NCBI RefSeq assembly: GCF_963921235.1
Contig: NC_086097.1
Coordinates: 109,432,001 to 109,496,000 of the forward strand
Origin: Mobula hypostoma
Lineage: Eukaryota
Direction of reading: 5' to 3'
DNA length: 64,000 bases
Position numbers and translations under genes: made by a program. Shown in pieces: positions 39,522-51,095 of this stretch. How positions within the stretch are numbered: the stretch's first letter is position 1; the number at the start of each line of letters is the position of its first letter. The notes below the pieces were generated by a model, which saw nothing but the letters and a program-made list of their open reading frames with translations, searched no databases and was not told the DNA's origin.

Positions 39522-39636
39522 GGTTTCTTGTATACATAAAATCTGAGGTTTTTCCTTAAGTTCTGATACATATTTCTTAAATTCTTGACCATTTGCAATA
39601 AGACCCCTTGCATTCATTGTAAAATATATACTGCCA

Positions 39637-40806
39637 TTAATATCCCACCTCCCTGCCTGTGAACTGTTTGATCTTCCATTCAGCGTTTCTTTGACTACTT
39701 CCAACCTAAGCCCTGTAATACCAAGATATTTTTCTGCAGACTTGACTATAATTTTAATTTTTCAGTTCTTTTGTTTGTTTGCGCTGAGTAGTTAATTGCA
39801 TTTACCATAAACAGTACGAAATCCTTTCTAATCATTATTAGTGTATCCTTATTTATCATATTACAGCCATCACAATTCACCAGTTTATTATTCCCTGTAT
39901 TTGTTTACTTGATAGCCTTCTCCTTTTCAGCAAATCCTTTCACTGCCTCTGCGTAACTGATCCCTTGAGTTACTTTTACATATTGTAACTCAGCTGCCTT
40001 CTTGGTATTAATGCACCCTCGGTAAACTGCACTGTGTTCCTCGCCACAATTGCTCCCGCCTTACATTTCCCATATTCATGTTCTCCAGCCCATCTCCCAC
40101 ATCTTTGTCTCCCCCTGCAAACCGCTGCAATGCGCCCGAATTTCTGACATTTAAAGCATCTTAAAGACGATGGTATATATATTCTGACCTCATAACACAT
40201 ATGCCCTGAATAAACTTTAGTCGGCAATCTCTCTTCATCAAATTTAATCATAACCAATAAACTATCACGCTCTTTTCCGTTTCTTGTAACTTTCAAACGT
40301 TTGGCCTCAATAATTTTTGCTCCTTTTATGTTCTGTTTAATTTCATCCATAGTAACTTTTGTTGGTATCCCTGAAACATCTCCTCTAGTCCACTTTCTAT
40401 TGTTGGGTATTGAGCATTGTACTTTTTTGCCATCTATTTTATTTAATCTTATCACTTTGCCTTGTTGAGCACTGTCCCGACAAATCACTAATAGCAAACC
40501 ATTTCGTAAAATCTTTGCTCTTTTGACCTCACCTATAAGTTTGTTGATCATGTTCGTCAAATGAATCGAGTTTCAATCACCAAAAGATTCGCTCGGTTTT
40601 ATAATTGCTTTAATCTCATCTTCTTTCCATTGTTTTGCTATCCTATTTTGATCATCACCTGACTCCTCAGGGTTTGACATCTCATACCTCTGTTTTCTTT
40701 TCTTACTCTTTCCACTCCATTCCTCTTTCCCTCCAAACTCCATCTCTAACTCACTTCCACTAACTGGTTCACCTCCGACCAAAACTCTCCACGCCACCTT
40801 ACTCAT
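39637..40806 (-). pseudogene. Nimb/I-type ORF1 (gag-like, Zn knuckles), disrupted
   Basis: RCFKCQKFGRIAAVC, RCGRWAGEHEYGKC, (C)NCGEEHSAVYRGC, SYAEAVK, with a stop and frameshifts. Confidence 0.85.
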
Positions 40807-41084
40807 CCTGCCGGTGGTCTTGTGACCTGAGCTACTGAGTATCCAACCAGACCCAGCCGAGCGGTTCCAGCCCAAAGGCAATTCCGAGGCTGAGCAAAGA
40901 AGTAAAGGAGAAAGGACTTAGATAGGGCTATAAACAAAGCACAGGTGATAACAAGTAACTAATAATTAGCCTAAGAGACAGATGAGCAGGAAGGGGTTGG
41001 CCTTGTTATCTCTGCCTCCCACTGGTGGCCAGTTTGAGGTGTGACACAAGGTTGGAATATGCAAATAAATCATAGAGAAGAGGA

Positions 41085-41875
41085 TCACAGAAGACTGCAG
41101 ATGCTAGAATCTGGAGCAAGAAAGGAGTTGCTGGAGAAACTCAAGTAGTCAGACAGCATCTGTTGAATGAAATGGGCAGTCAACATTTTGGATCATGACC
41201 CTTGATTGGAACTGAAAGAGGAGAAGGGAGGTAGCCAGTATAAAGAGGTGTGTGGGAGGGGTGGGAGAAGAACAGCCAGGTGAGGGAGTGTAGGTTGGCG
41301 ACAGGAGGAGGTAATAAGGGCTGCAAATTGTAGAATATGATGAGAAGGAAAGGTGAAGAGGAATCAAATAAAAGAGGTATGATGGACAGCTGGCAACAGT
41401 AGGGGAGAGGACCTGGTGGCAGGAATGTACATGTGATGGGCAGATAGTGTAGGCGGGGTAAGGGAAAAGAAACTGGGAGATGGGGGGCTGCAGGGTGTGA
41501 GGGTGACTTGAAAAGAAAGGTATCTGTGAGAAAAGTTGGATAATCAGAAAGAGAGCAGAAAAAAAAGAAGAGGAAAAAGTTTCTGCAAGTTCAATGTTCA
41601 TGACGTTGGGTTATAGACTATCCAGGCAGAATATGACCTGTTGTTCTTCTAGCCTGCATTTGGCCTTATCTTTGCAGTGGAGGAGGTCGAGGACAGGCAG
41701 GTCAGTATAGGATTGGGGAAGGGAATTAAAATGGCTTGCAACCAGGAGTTCCAGATAGCCATGGAGGATATGTGGGTACTTGACAAAGCAGTTGGCTAGT
41801 CTCTGCTTGGTCTCACAGATGCAAAGAAGATCATGTTGAGAGCACAGAATGCAATAGACTAGGTTGGAGAAAGTT
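41085..41875 (-). mobile_element. Penelope-like element fragment (GIY-YIG C-terminus + 3' region)
   Basis: Minus strand gives …HFNSLP…LLHCKDKAKCRLEEQQVIFCL…PNVMNIELA, then a pyrimidine tract and the PLE terminus. Confidence 0.8.
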
Positions 41876-43334
41876 TGATCTCTTAGAATCAGAGAACTGC
41901 TAAAACCAAATTAAATATATTGTGACATATAGATTTTAAAGCAAAGTCTGTAAATGGGTTGGATTAAATAAGATTTCATAAATAGTTGCTTGAACATCCC
42001 TTAACAATGAAATTATTTCTTTATGTTTCTTTAAAAGCATAACATTTTATCTGAGTCTTTTACTTACTTTCTGAAAGTTCTGCAATTTTAAAAATATTTT
42101 TCTTTCTGCTTGCAGCTACAGTTGAAGTTCTTATTTCTATTAGCATCCAGACCACCATAACTCAGTTGGACTTAACTTGAGCAATAGGGTAGAAACATCA
42201 AGAAAACACTAAGTGTTCCAGTTAGGTGAATAGTATGAAGACCTACATTTGAACGTGACAACTCAAGATGTTTTCATAAACAGCACTTCATTAAAATAAA
42301 TGAATATACAAATTAGCATCTGACTACGTGTATAAAACACAGGTGGACGGTTGATTGATGTTTACAACCAATGTGCTCTTTCCTCTCATCTTTCCATTTG
42401 CAAATGCTCTCTGTCTTCCCATTGTTCCTTTTTTTCGTACCTGTAATCATGTTTCAGGGTGAATTTATGAAGACATCAAAGCTTTCTAGATCCTAAAATC
42501 GCAAGGATTTTTATTTTCAAATTATGCAAATTGTGTTCTGCTTCACTGCATGCATTCAATAGCATTGAATTCTCTGGGTATATGAGGTAGAAAGAGATGG
42601 AGGTCTAATAATTTATCTGCAGCAGACAACATTGTTGTGTGTGACTCAAGTGCATCTTGATATTTATATATGCCAATTGTAGAATGGTGGCCATTGTGTG
42701 CAATTTGCAATGTCTGCAAAATTCCATTTACGTGCTTGATACACTTTGATCATGTAGAATATGTGTTTCAGATGACAGAGTAAACTCAAAGGTTCAAAGG
42801 GTTCATTTTATTGTCAAAGTGTGCATGTACAATACAACTGTGATATTTGTCTTCTCCAGATAGCCATGAAATACAGAAAAAACATGGGAGTCATTGAAAG
42901 AAAAAAACATTAACCCCCCCCAACATGAAAAGGAAAACAAAACAAAATAGGCAAACCCCAAAACCCCAACACCCTCCCTTGCAAAAAATCAGTGACAATA
43001 ACATCAAACCCCATCACTTGTTATGGAATACTTATATGGGGCATTAGCAGTCACATTTTGCTTTGGAAGTATTGTGAAACAGTGGAGAGAAATCAGATTT
43101 TCATGGCATTCTATTCACTCCATTCATCTTCAAATGGACCATACAGCCACTTTACACACCCTAAAGTACTGCACTTTGGCAGCGATTTGAGGAACTGGAA
43201 CTGGAAGGTTATACAATGCAGTCACTGCTGCAAATACATTGGATACATTGACAGCAAACATCCTTTGTAAAGAAACACACAAACTTTTTCATCTTGTTTT
43301 CCCATTGCTGGTGACTGATCTACCCATTTAGTTT

Positions 43335-45025
43335 TGGTTTTGGTGATAATTTACCAAAATTCTCTGGACTCTGAGCAAGTCCCAGCGGATTGGAAGAAGG
43401 CAAATGTCACACCACTGTTCAAAAAAGGATGTAGGCAAAATGCAGGTAACTATAGACCAGTTAGTTCAACATCTACAGTTGGGAAAATGCTTGAAACTAT
43501 CATTAAAGAAGCAATAGTGAGGCATCTGGAAAGAAACGGATCCATCAGGCAGACACAGCATGGATTCAGCAAAGGCTGTTTGTTTGTTTGTTTAACAAAC
43601 TTTCTGAAGTTCTTTGAGGATATAATGAGTGCAGTGAATAGAGAGGAACAGATGGATGTTATTTACTTGGATTTCCAGAAGGCGTTCGATAAGGTGCCAC
43701 ATAAGATATGGATGCATAGAGTTGGGGGATATGTATTAGCATGGATAGAGAATTGGTTAGCCATTAGAAAGCAAAGAGTTGGGATACATGTGTTGTTTTT
43801 CTGGTTGGCAATCAGTGGTGAGCAAAGTGCTGCAGGGGTCGGTGCTCAACCTGCAACTGTTCACAATAGTCATAGTCATACTTTATTGATCCCGGGGGAA
43901 ATTAGTTTTCATTACAGTTTCACCATAAATAACAAATAGTAATAGAACCATAAATAGTTAAATAGTAATATGTAAATTATGCCAGTAAATTATGAAATAA
44001 GTCCAGGACCAGCCTATTGGCTTAGGGTGTCTGATCCTCCAAGGGAGGAGTTGTAAAGTTTGATGACTTCCTATGACGCTCTGTTAATAGTCATTAACAA
44101 TCTGGAAGAGGGGACAAGTGTATCGAAGTTTGCTGATGACACTAAATTCAGTGGAAATGCAAATTGTGCAGAGCTTATAGAGAGTCTGCAGAGAGACATA
44201 GATAGGTTAAGTGAGAGGGCAAGGGTCTGGAGATGGAATTCAATGTTGGTAAATGCTAGGTCATCCTGTTTGTAAGGGAAAATGGAAGATCAGATTATTA
44301 TTTAAATAGTAAAAGATTGCAGCTTGCAGCTGTGCAGAAGGACTTGGGAGTGCTTGTGCATGAATTGCAAAAGGTTGGTTTGTAGCTGCAGCAGGCATCA
44401 AGAAGGCAAATGGAATGTTGGCCTTCATTGCTAGAGGGATTGAATTTTAGAGCAGGGGGTTATGCTGCAACTGTACAGGGTACTGGTGAGGCAGTATCTG
44501 GAGTAATGCAGGCAGTTCTGGTCTCCTTACTTGAGGAAGGATATACTAGCTTTGGAGGTGGTGCAGAGGAGGTTCACCAGGTTGATTCCAGAGATGAGGG
44601 GGTTAGACTATGAGGAGAGATTGAGTCACCTGGGACTGTACTCACTGGAATTCGGAAGGATGAGAGGAAATCTTAAAGAAACATAAAATTATGAAAGGGA
44701 TAGATAAGATAGAGACAGGAAAGTTGTTTCCATTGGCCTCAGGATTCAGGGGAGTAAATTTAGGATGGAGATGAGGAACTGCTTTTCACGAAGAGTGGTG
44801 AATTGGTGGAATTCTCTGACCAATGAAGCAGTGGAGGGTACCTCAGTAAATATATTTAAGACAAGGTTAGATAGATTTTTGCACAGTAGGGGAATTAATG
44901 GTTATGAGGAAAAGGCAGGTAGGTGGGGATGAGTCCATAGCCAGATCAGCCATGATCTTATTGAATGATGGAGCAGGCTCAACGGGCCAGATGGCTGACT
45001 CCTGCTCCTATTTCTTATGTTCTTG
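43335..45025 (+). mobile_element. Decayed CR1 LINE with Rex1 tail insertion
   Basis: WKKANVTPLFKKG…NYRPVS…YLDFQKAFDKVPH and KFADDT, ending in a ttcttatgttctt tail. Confidence 0.9.
43865..44085 (-). mobile_element. Rex1-like 3' fragment
   Basis: Reverse complement of 59325-59550 with a (GACTAT)n tail. AATAGTCAT is repeated at both junctions. Confidence 0.85.
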
Positions 45026-45669
45026 TGTCTCTTTGTTTCTAGGGTATAGCCCTATGACTCCAATTGGCGACAAAGGAGAGTTTGATGGGATTGAATTAAA
45101 ACTATCTTGACACATGGGACGTAACGAGACTCTACCAGAATCACTGGCATTGAGGTGACCAATTCTCAACTGGAAAGAAATGTTCCTAATTCTGTAGGAA
45201 TTCTGTGAGCGGCTAGAAAAGAATTCCCCATTATCCCTGGCACCTCTTTCAGGCTGTGAGCAGGTCAGAAATTCACCCTGTACATCAAATTGTTTTTCCA
45301 CCAGCTTGCTGAAGTGTACACTGCTATTGCAATTCTCATGTACTTCCAGTCAAGATAGCACTGAACTGCAGTCTCTGTCCAGTCATGGCTCAGATTTGGT
45401 TGCTTTTTAGGTTTGTAGGGATGGATTTGGGGACAGAGAGGGGAGTTAGGGATCAGGTTCAAAGGTTCATTATCAAAGTATACAACTCTGAAGTTTTTCT
45501 TGTCCAGATAGCCATGAAATCAAGAAAGAAAAGAACGGCAACATGATCATCAACTCCCAAATCCCTCCATCCCCGCACAAAAAAAAAATGGAACGGGCAC
45601 ATCGACCTCCAAATCCCTGTCTGCTGCACATGAAAAAACAAGAAAGATCAAGCAAAAATCAAGAATGTA

Positions 45670-46165
45670 ACTTGTTACATACACCTGTTAGGGTGCATTC
45701 TCCAGTTACCTTATAAGGTAACCGTGTCCTTCAGCCAGGAGCAGATGTCATCGGGTGGTTCCCTACCTTCACCGAGTGTTTAGACCCTTAACCACGACAC
45801 TCTCCAGTTGGTGGGCTGGCAGTGGTGGTGGCGAAATCACTGCCAATCTGCTCCTGGCTTCCAGCTTCCCTCCTTTTGCCTACTCCAAATCCAACAAGAG
45901 GCTCGTTCTGCCTCTTCCCCCATCATACGAGCTGCTTGTTTTTTTGCTCCTTTTGTCCAGGCCCAGATCTGACAACAACCGCCATGCTGATTTGGCTGGG
46001 AAACCTCTGCAGCTGATCTCCACAGGGAACAACCATCCCTTGTCTTTATACTCCTGCACTAAGGGCTGGTACTTCAAGGCCTTTCTTTCATGGGCCTCTT
46101 CCCATCCCTCCTCCCATGGCACAGTCAGCTCAACCAGAATTATTTTCTTGTCTTCGGACTGGAAT
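45670..46165 (-). mobile_element. Hero (R2-superfamily, RLE) non-LTR retrotransposon 3' fragment
   Basis: KKIILVELTVPWEEGWEEAHERKALKY…GWLFPVEISCRGF… is the restriction-like endonuclease signature. Confidence 0.85.
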
Positions 46166-46204
46166 AAGACTGGTAAAAAAGTCTATAGTCCAAGTCCATA
46201 TCCA

Positions 46205-46496
46205 AAATGCAGAAAACAAGAGGGCACAGTTTTAAGGTGCTGGGGAGTAGGTACAGAGGAGACGTCAGGGGTAAGTTTTTTACTCAGAGAGTGGTGAGTG
46301 TGTGGAATGGGTTGTCAGCGACGGTGGTGGAGGCGGATACAATAGGGTCTTTTAAGAGACTTTTGGATAGGTACATGGAGCTTAGAAAAATTGAGGGCTA
46401 TGGGTAAGCCTAGTCATTGCTAAGGTAGGGACATGGTTCAGCACAACTTTGTGGGCCGAAGGGCCTATATTATGCTGTAGGTTTTCTATGTTTCTA
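46205..46496 (+). mobile_element. CR1 3' end
   Basis: TRGHSFKVLGSRYRGDVRGKFFTQRVV…GYG*, with a ttctatgtttct tail. Confidence 0.9.
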
Positions 46497-48214
46497 AAAC
46501 CTGGGCAACATTCTTTAGGCACAGTGGCAGATCTTTCCCCCTCTGGCAGCAGAGTGATCTGCCAGCGATGAAAAGGCAGTCTCCCTTGTCCGGTAGCAGA
46601 GCAATCTCGCTAGCAGACAGGCCGCTGGCACTCACCTCCCGCATTCACCTCAATGTCTCAATTTCCCTCGTTGCTTTAAACAGCGAAATAGAGTCGAACA
46701 TTGGTTCATGCCCCATCCCGCAGCCTTTTCTCTACAAGATTCATGCACACTACCTCTGCCTCCTGGAATTCTCTTGGAGACTACAGAGCACTGAAACACC
46801 CAAATGATCTCCAAACTGCCAATTACAGGCTCCAACAGTTTCAGAATCACTTTCAAGACAAAAAGAAAACAAATGTAAAAGATATGAAAGAAGTGAAATA
46901 TGCTTTTTTGTAATTTATTTTTTATTGAAGTTCATCAGCAAACAAAACTTTCCATAAGATGTATTTCAGATACTGTACATATATCAATGATCTATCCAGA
47001 AGATGTCGACTGAAGGAGGGGTTGTATGCAGGTATCATCTTGACTGGAAGACCGGGTTAGGGTTAGGATTTATGGAGAGGGATGTGGGGGAATTAGAGAT
47101 TAGGCTGAACTATGGGCATCCCTCCGTGCTGAAACACCATTGACGAGGACATGGGATAAAGAACGTTTGTAATCAGAATGTTGGGCTGGCAGACTGGTGG
47201 CACTCCCAGGTCAACAAGTTGTTAGCAAGTTCCAGAATCAGAGTTTCATGTGGACAAGAGGCACGAGGGCCACTGACCCCTAGGTATGAGTTGGTGAGGA
47301 CGAAGTTCAAGTTTAGAGTTCGTGGTCCAATCATTGGTGAGTCCATTGTTCAAGGCCTGGAGCTTAGAGTCCTTCCCCTTTTCAGCAGTGAGTCCTGGGG
47401 TCTGTTAGTGACTATTGATGTTCTCCAATTATTCTCTTCCCTGTAAGCAAAATTTTCTTTGTACCCCTTTTATCAAAACCTTTCAGAATAATAAAGATCT
47501 TTGTTAAGTCACTGCCCCTACCCAACCCTTCAACCTCTTCTGAAGAGAAAAGAAACTCAGTCTGTTCATTGCTTCTTGAGTTGAGCATGCTCATATTATG
47601 GTTTTACTGTAAATCTCAAATGCACCTTCTCACCGCCCCATATCCTTATTTAATTAAATGTCCACCTGAATGGTACATAGCCCACTGTGAACTAAGTTTG
47701 CAATGAGGTTTGCTATCTTTTTTCTACTTTTCTGTTCTATTCCTCTGGAAATAAACTCAAGGACTTAGATTGCCTTTTCATAGCTTTGCTGATCTGTTTT
47801 GTAACCTTTGACAGTTTTGAGGTCTGAGGTCCTTCTGTTCCTCTATTCCACCTAGACTAGCCTCTTTTCTTTCTTTTTAAAAATATTGCCCCAAATTTAC
47901 TCAGATCTAAGATAAACAGCGTTATAAGAAACACAAACTTCCTCTGTTTTAGGTATAAATCCAGCCAGTGGTGATTTCTTAACTTACCTGCTATAGGTTT
48001 TCATTTTACTTGGGCTTTTTGATAGTCAAATACTGCTTTGATGAAAGAATAGCTGTATCTTTCACCTCAGCTCCACAATTCAACTTTTTTGTCCAAAGCT
48101 GTAGGGAAGTCCAGAGTTAAGTTGGTGTGAAAGAGTCCAAACTATGCAACTGTGAGCAGATTATTGGTGAAAATGTTTTACCTGATAGCAATGACATCTT
48201 TTTTCACTTTGCTA

Positions 48215-48722
48215 ATGATAGGGAAGACACTTTTGTGCCAAGATGAGGCCACCTTCAGGGTGGAGGAGCAACACCTTATAATCTGTTTGGGTATCCTCCA
48301 ACCCAATGGCATAAATATTGATTTCTCCTTCCAGTAGCTTTTTTTCTCCTCCTCCTTCCCTCTTCTCCTATTTCCCACTCTGCCGTTTCATCTCTTCTTA
48401 TCTACCTATCTCTTCCCCCTGGGTCCCCCGCTCTTCCCGTTCTCCAATGGTCCAGTCTCCTCTCCTATCAGATTCCTTCTTCTCCAGCCCTTGACCTTTC
48501 CCACCCACCTGGCTTCACCTATCGCCTAGCTAGTATCCTTCCCCTCCCCTCACCTTTTTATTCTGGCATCTTCCCCCTTACTTTTCAGTCCTGATGAAGA
48601 ATCACAGCCCAAAATGTCAGCTGTTTATTCATTTCCATAGATGCTGCCTCACCTGCTCAATTCCTGCAGCATTTTGTGTGTGTTGATTTTGATTTCCAGC
48701 ATCTGCAGACTTTCTTGTGTTT
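48215..48722 (+). mobile_element. Penelope-like element 3' fragment
   Basis: LLCQDEATFRVEEQHLIICLGILQPNGINIDFS (GIY-YIG C-terminus), followed by a terminus with a CTGATGA core. Confidence 0.85.
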
Positions 48723-48823
48723 CCTTTTGGGATAAATAATTGTTTAGAGTAGATTTGTTCATATGCTTCATGCCAGGCTATGCATTATAACTGGATCATT
48801 ATGAGGGACGATCATGTTCATTG

Positions 48824-49016
48824 GACCAGCCAATCGGCACCGGACTTCAAGGAAGTTGATCGTGAGTTCGAACCCAGCTGGGTCCCAACATGGCCAGCAG
48901 CAGTATGTGTGCAGAAGAAAGTCCTGGGCAACCTATCTCGCCATGAAAACACCATGGACCCTATGGTCCATGAGGTCACGAGGAGTCCGACTCGACTTCG
49001 CGACTGAACAACAGCA
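48824..49016 (+). mobile_element. tRNA-headed SINE with RTE-BovB-like tail
   Basis: B-box GTTCGAACC (48866-48874), tail GTCCATGAGGTCACGAGGAGTCCGACTCGACTTCGCGACTGAACAACAGCAA, and TSD ATGTTCATTG / ATATTCATTG. Confidence 0.7.
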
Positions 49017-49289
49017 ATATTCATTGTATACAAAATGATCATCTTTTTGCCACACTGCATCCTCAATCAAAGTAGCTGAAGAAAGTGGTGATAGAAACAT
49101 GAGACTGAAATGGATCATTCATTTCCTTCACCTGGAGGTGGATACAATCATTTCAATTGTATTTTTTGCTATTATCCATTGGGCTCTGCCTTTATGGAGA
49201 ATCAGAATATCCTTGGAGAATATTTTGGCTATGTATCTGCCATCTGTGCAATAGAATGCAGCAGGAGCACAGAGTTTTGATATGATCCA

Positions 49290-49820
49290 GTAAATTTGCA
49301 GCTAATGGATTACTTTCATACAATGCTTTAAATGACTGCGTCTTCCAAATCAACACTTTCATTGTAACATTCAAGGTGACTGTTGATATTTTCAAATTCC
49401 TCGTAGTTCCTAACTTGAAATAGTGAACTTATTCTTTTTCACTCTGGGCTGTTCCTGACATCTCCAAGCCTGAATGCTTGAAACCGCAGTGGCAAAACAG
49501 TTCCGAATTCTGAATTATTTCTTGTCAACTACTAGTGGCAAAAATCACTGCTTTTTGAACACAAATACACACAACTGATGCTATTTTAAAAACTGATTGC
49601 TCTAAGCATAATGTGATGTCTAACGGCTATGCAAGTGCATGCAACTCATGCTAGTTAGAAATTGTTTGGCGACAGTTCCTTGCCCCAGTTAAGTGGCATG
49701 GTATCCCCAGTAAACAAAGGGAATCTCAGCTATTTTAATGATTTAGTTTTTGTTCTTTCAGAGTTGTTCCAAGTAAGCAGCTGCCCCTATCAATAGATGG
49801 CCAGTTAACTGGAATCACAC
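49290..49820 (-). mobile_element. Probable Tigger/pogo DNA transposon relic
   Basis: Minus-strand remnants IRNCF… and acidic NYEEFENINSHLECYNESVDLEDAVI, with a TIR-like end ttaactggaatca. Confidence 0.5.
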
Positions 49821-49926
49821 CAGCAATTACTATGGGTGTTTTGACAGAAGAGTGTGGGATATTAACAAAAACATACAATTCTGTGAATATAACAACGCTA
49901 TTGACCAAAAAACATAATATGTTTGA

Positions 49927-50164
49927 CATATAAAAGTTGCTGGTGAACGCAGCAGGCCAGGCAGCATCTCTGGGAAGAGGTGCAGACCCAGAGCCATCAA
50001 ACACTCCTCATATGATAAGCCTTTTATTCCTAGAATCATTCTCATGAACCTCCTCTTCCTAGAGATGCTGCCTGGCCTGCTACGTTCACCAGCAACTTTT
50101 ATGTGTGTTGCTTGAAATTCCAGCCTCTGCAGATTTCCTCATGTTTGCGTTTTTAAAACAAAAC
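49927..50164. mobile_element. Penelope terminus insertion with inverted arms and templated filler
   Basis: ~55-bp inverted arms around a ~75-bp copy of 50872-50948, with an 11-bp TSD AATATGTTTGA. Confidence 0.8.
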
Positions 50165-50584
50165 AATATGTTTGAGCCTGTACCACCTTTATATTGAATT
50201 TGAATATTTGATAGAATTTGAAAAGATCTCCGCTGATAGACTCAGCAAGGCAAATACCTTTTTGGTACAGATTCAAGTTCGCTCTTTAAGGTCAGGATAT
50301 TTATAGGTACCTGTCATTTCTGATGACAAAATGTTATATGTAGTGCTATTGTTTAGCAGAGCAGATTCATCAAAAGTAAACATAGTTCTCTTCCTTTTGC
50401 TGTATCTGAAACTAGGATTAATTTTCTTTAATGAGCTAACCTTCTTGAAAGAGTGGACATTCTTATTCATTAGAGGTTAAATTAATTTTAAAGCTCAGCC
50501 TTTGTCCAATGACAAATGATGAGAATGAATAATAACCACTATTGTTAGTGACATCTTCAAATGCTGCAAGTGAAGCCAGTTAAA

Positions 50585-51095
50585 CCATGAGACATAGGAG
50601 CGGAATTAGGCCATTCAGCCCATTGAGTCTGCTTTGCCATTTAATCATGCCTGATCTCTCAACCTCACTCTCCTGCCTTTTCTCCATAACCTTTAACATC
50701 CTAACCAATCAAGAACCTATCAACCTCTGCCTTAAGTACACCCAATGACCTGGCCTCCACAACCACCTGTGGCAATGAATTCTGCACCCTTTCCACAACC
50801 ACTCCATCTAGGCTTTTCAAGATTCGATAGGTTTCAATGAGATCCCCCGTCATTCTTCTAAATTCTAGTGAGTGCAGGCCCAGAGCCATCAAACACTCCT
50901 CATATGATAAGCCTTTTATTCCTAGAATCATTCTTGTGAACCTCCTCTGAAACTTCTCCAATGTCAACACATCCTTTCTTAAATAAGGGACCCAAAACTG
51001 CCCACATTACTCTAAGTGAGGCCTCACCAGTGCCTTATAAAGCCTCAGCATTAAATTCTTGCTTTTATATTCTAATCCTCCAATGAAAATTAAAT
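50585..51095 (-). mobile_element. CR1 3' fragment
   Basis: LEKFQRRFTRMILGIKGLSYEECLMALGLHSLEFRRM… plus tail. Confidence 0.9.

Larger units (their letters stand above)
38896..40872 (-). mobile_element. Non-autonomous Nimb/I-clade LINE derivative with captured coding segment
   Basis: ORF1 has CCHC knuckles, and ORF2 starts ILQ(W)NARGLIANGQEFKK…ILCIQET. The 3' tail is GTGGCGGTAATGCACC…AACCGCCATAAAAC…(AAG)n. Candidate TSD CAAAGACACTTCC (38883-38895) / CAAAGGCAATTCC (40873-40885). Confidence 0.85.

Noticed and set aside
50311..50405. Possible minus-strand coding exon (YSKRKRTMFTFDESALLNNSTTYNILSSEMT)
   Set aside because: Weak donor (GTACCT), no recognisable protein and no compatible neighbouring exon.
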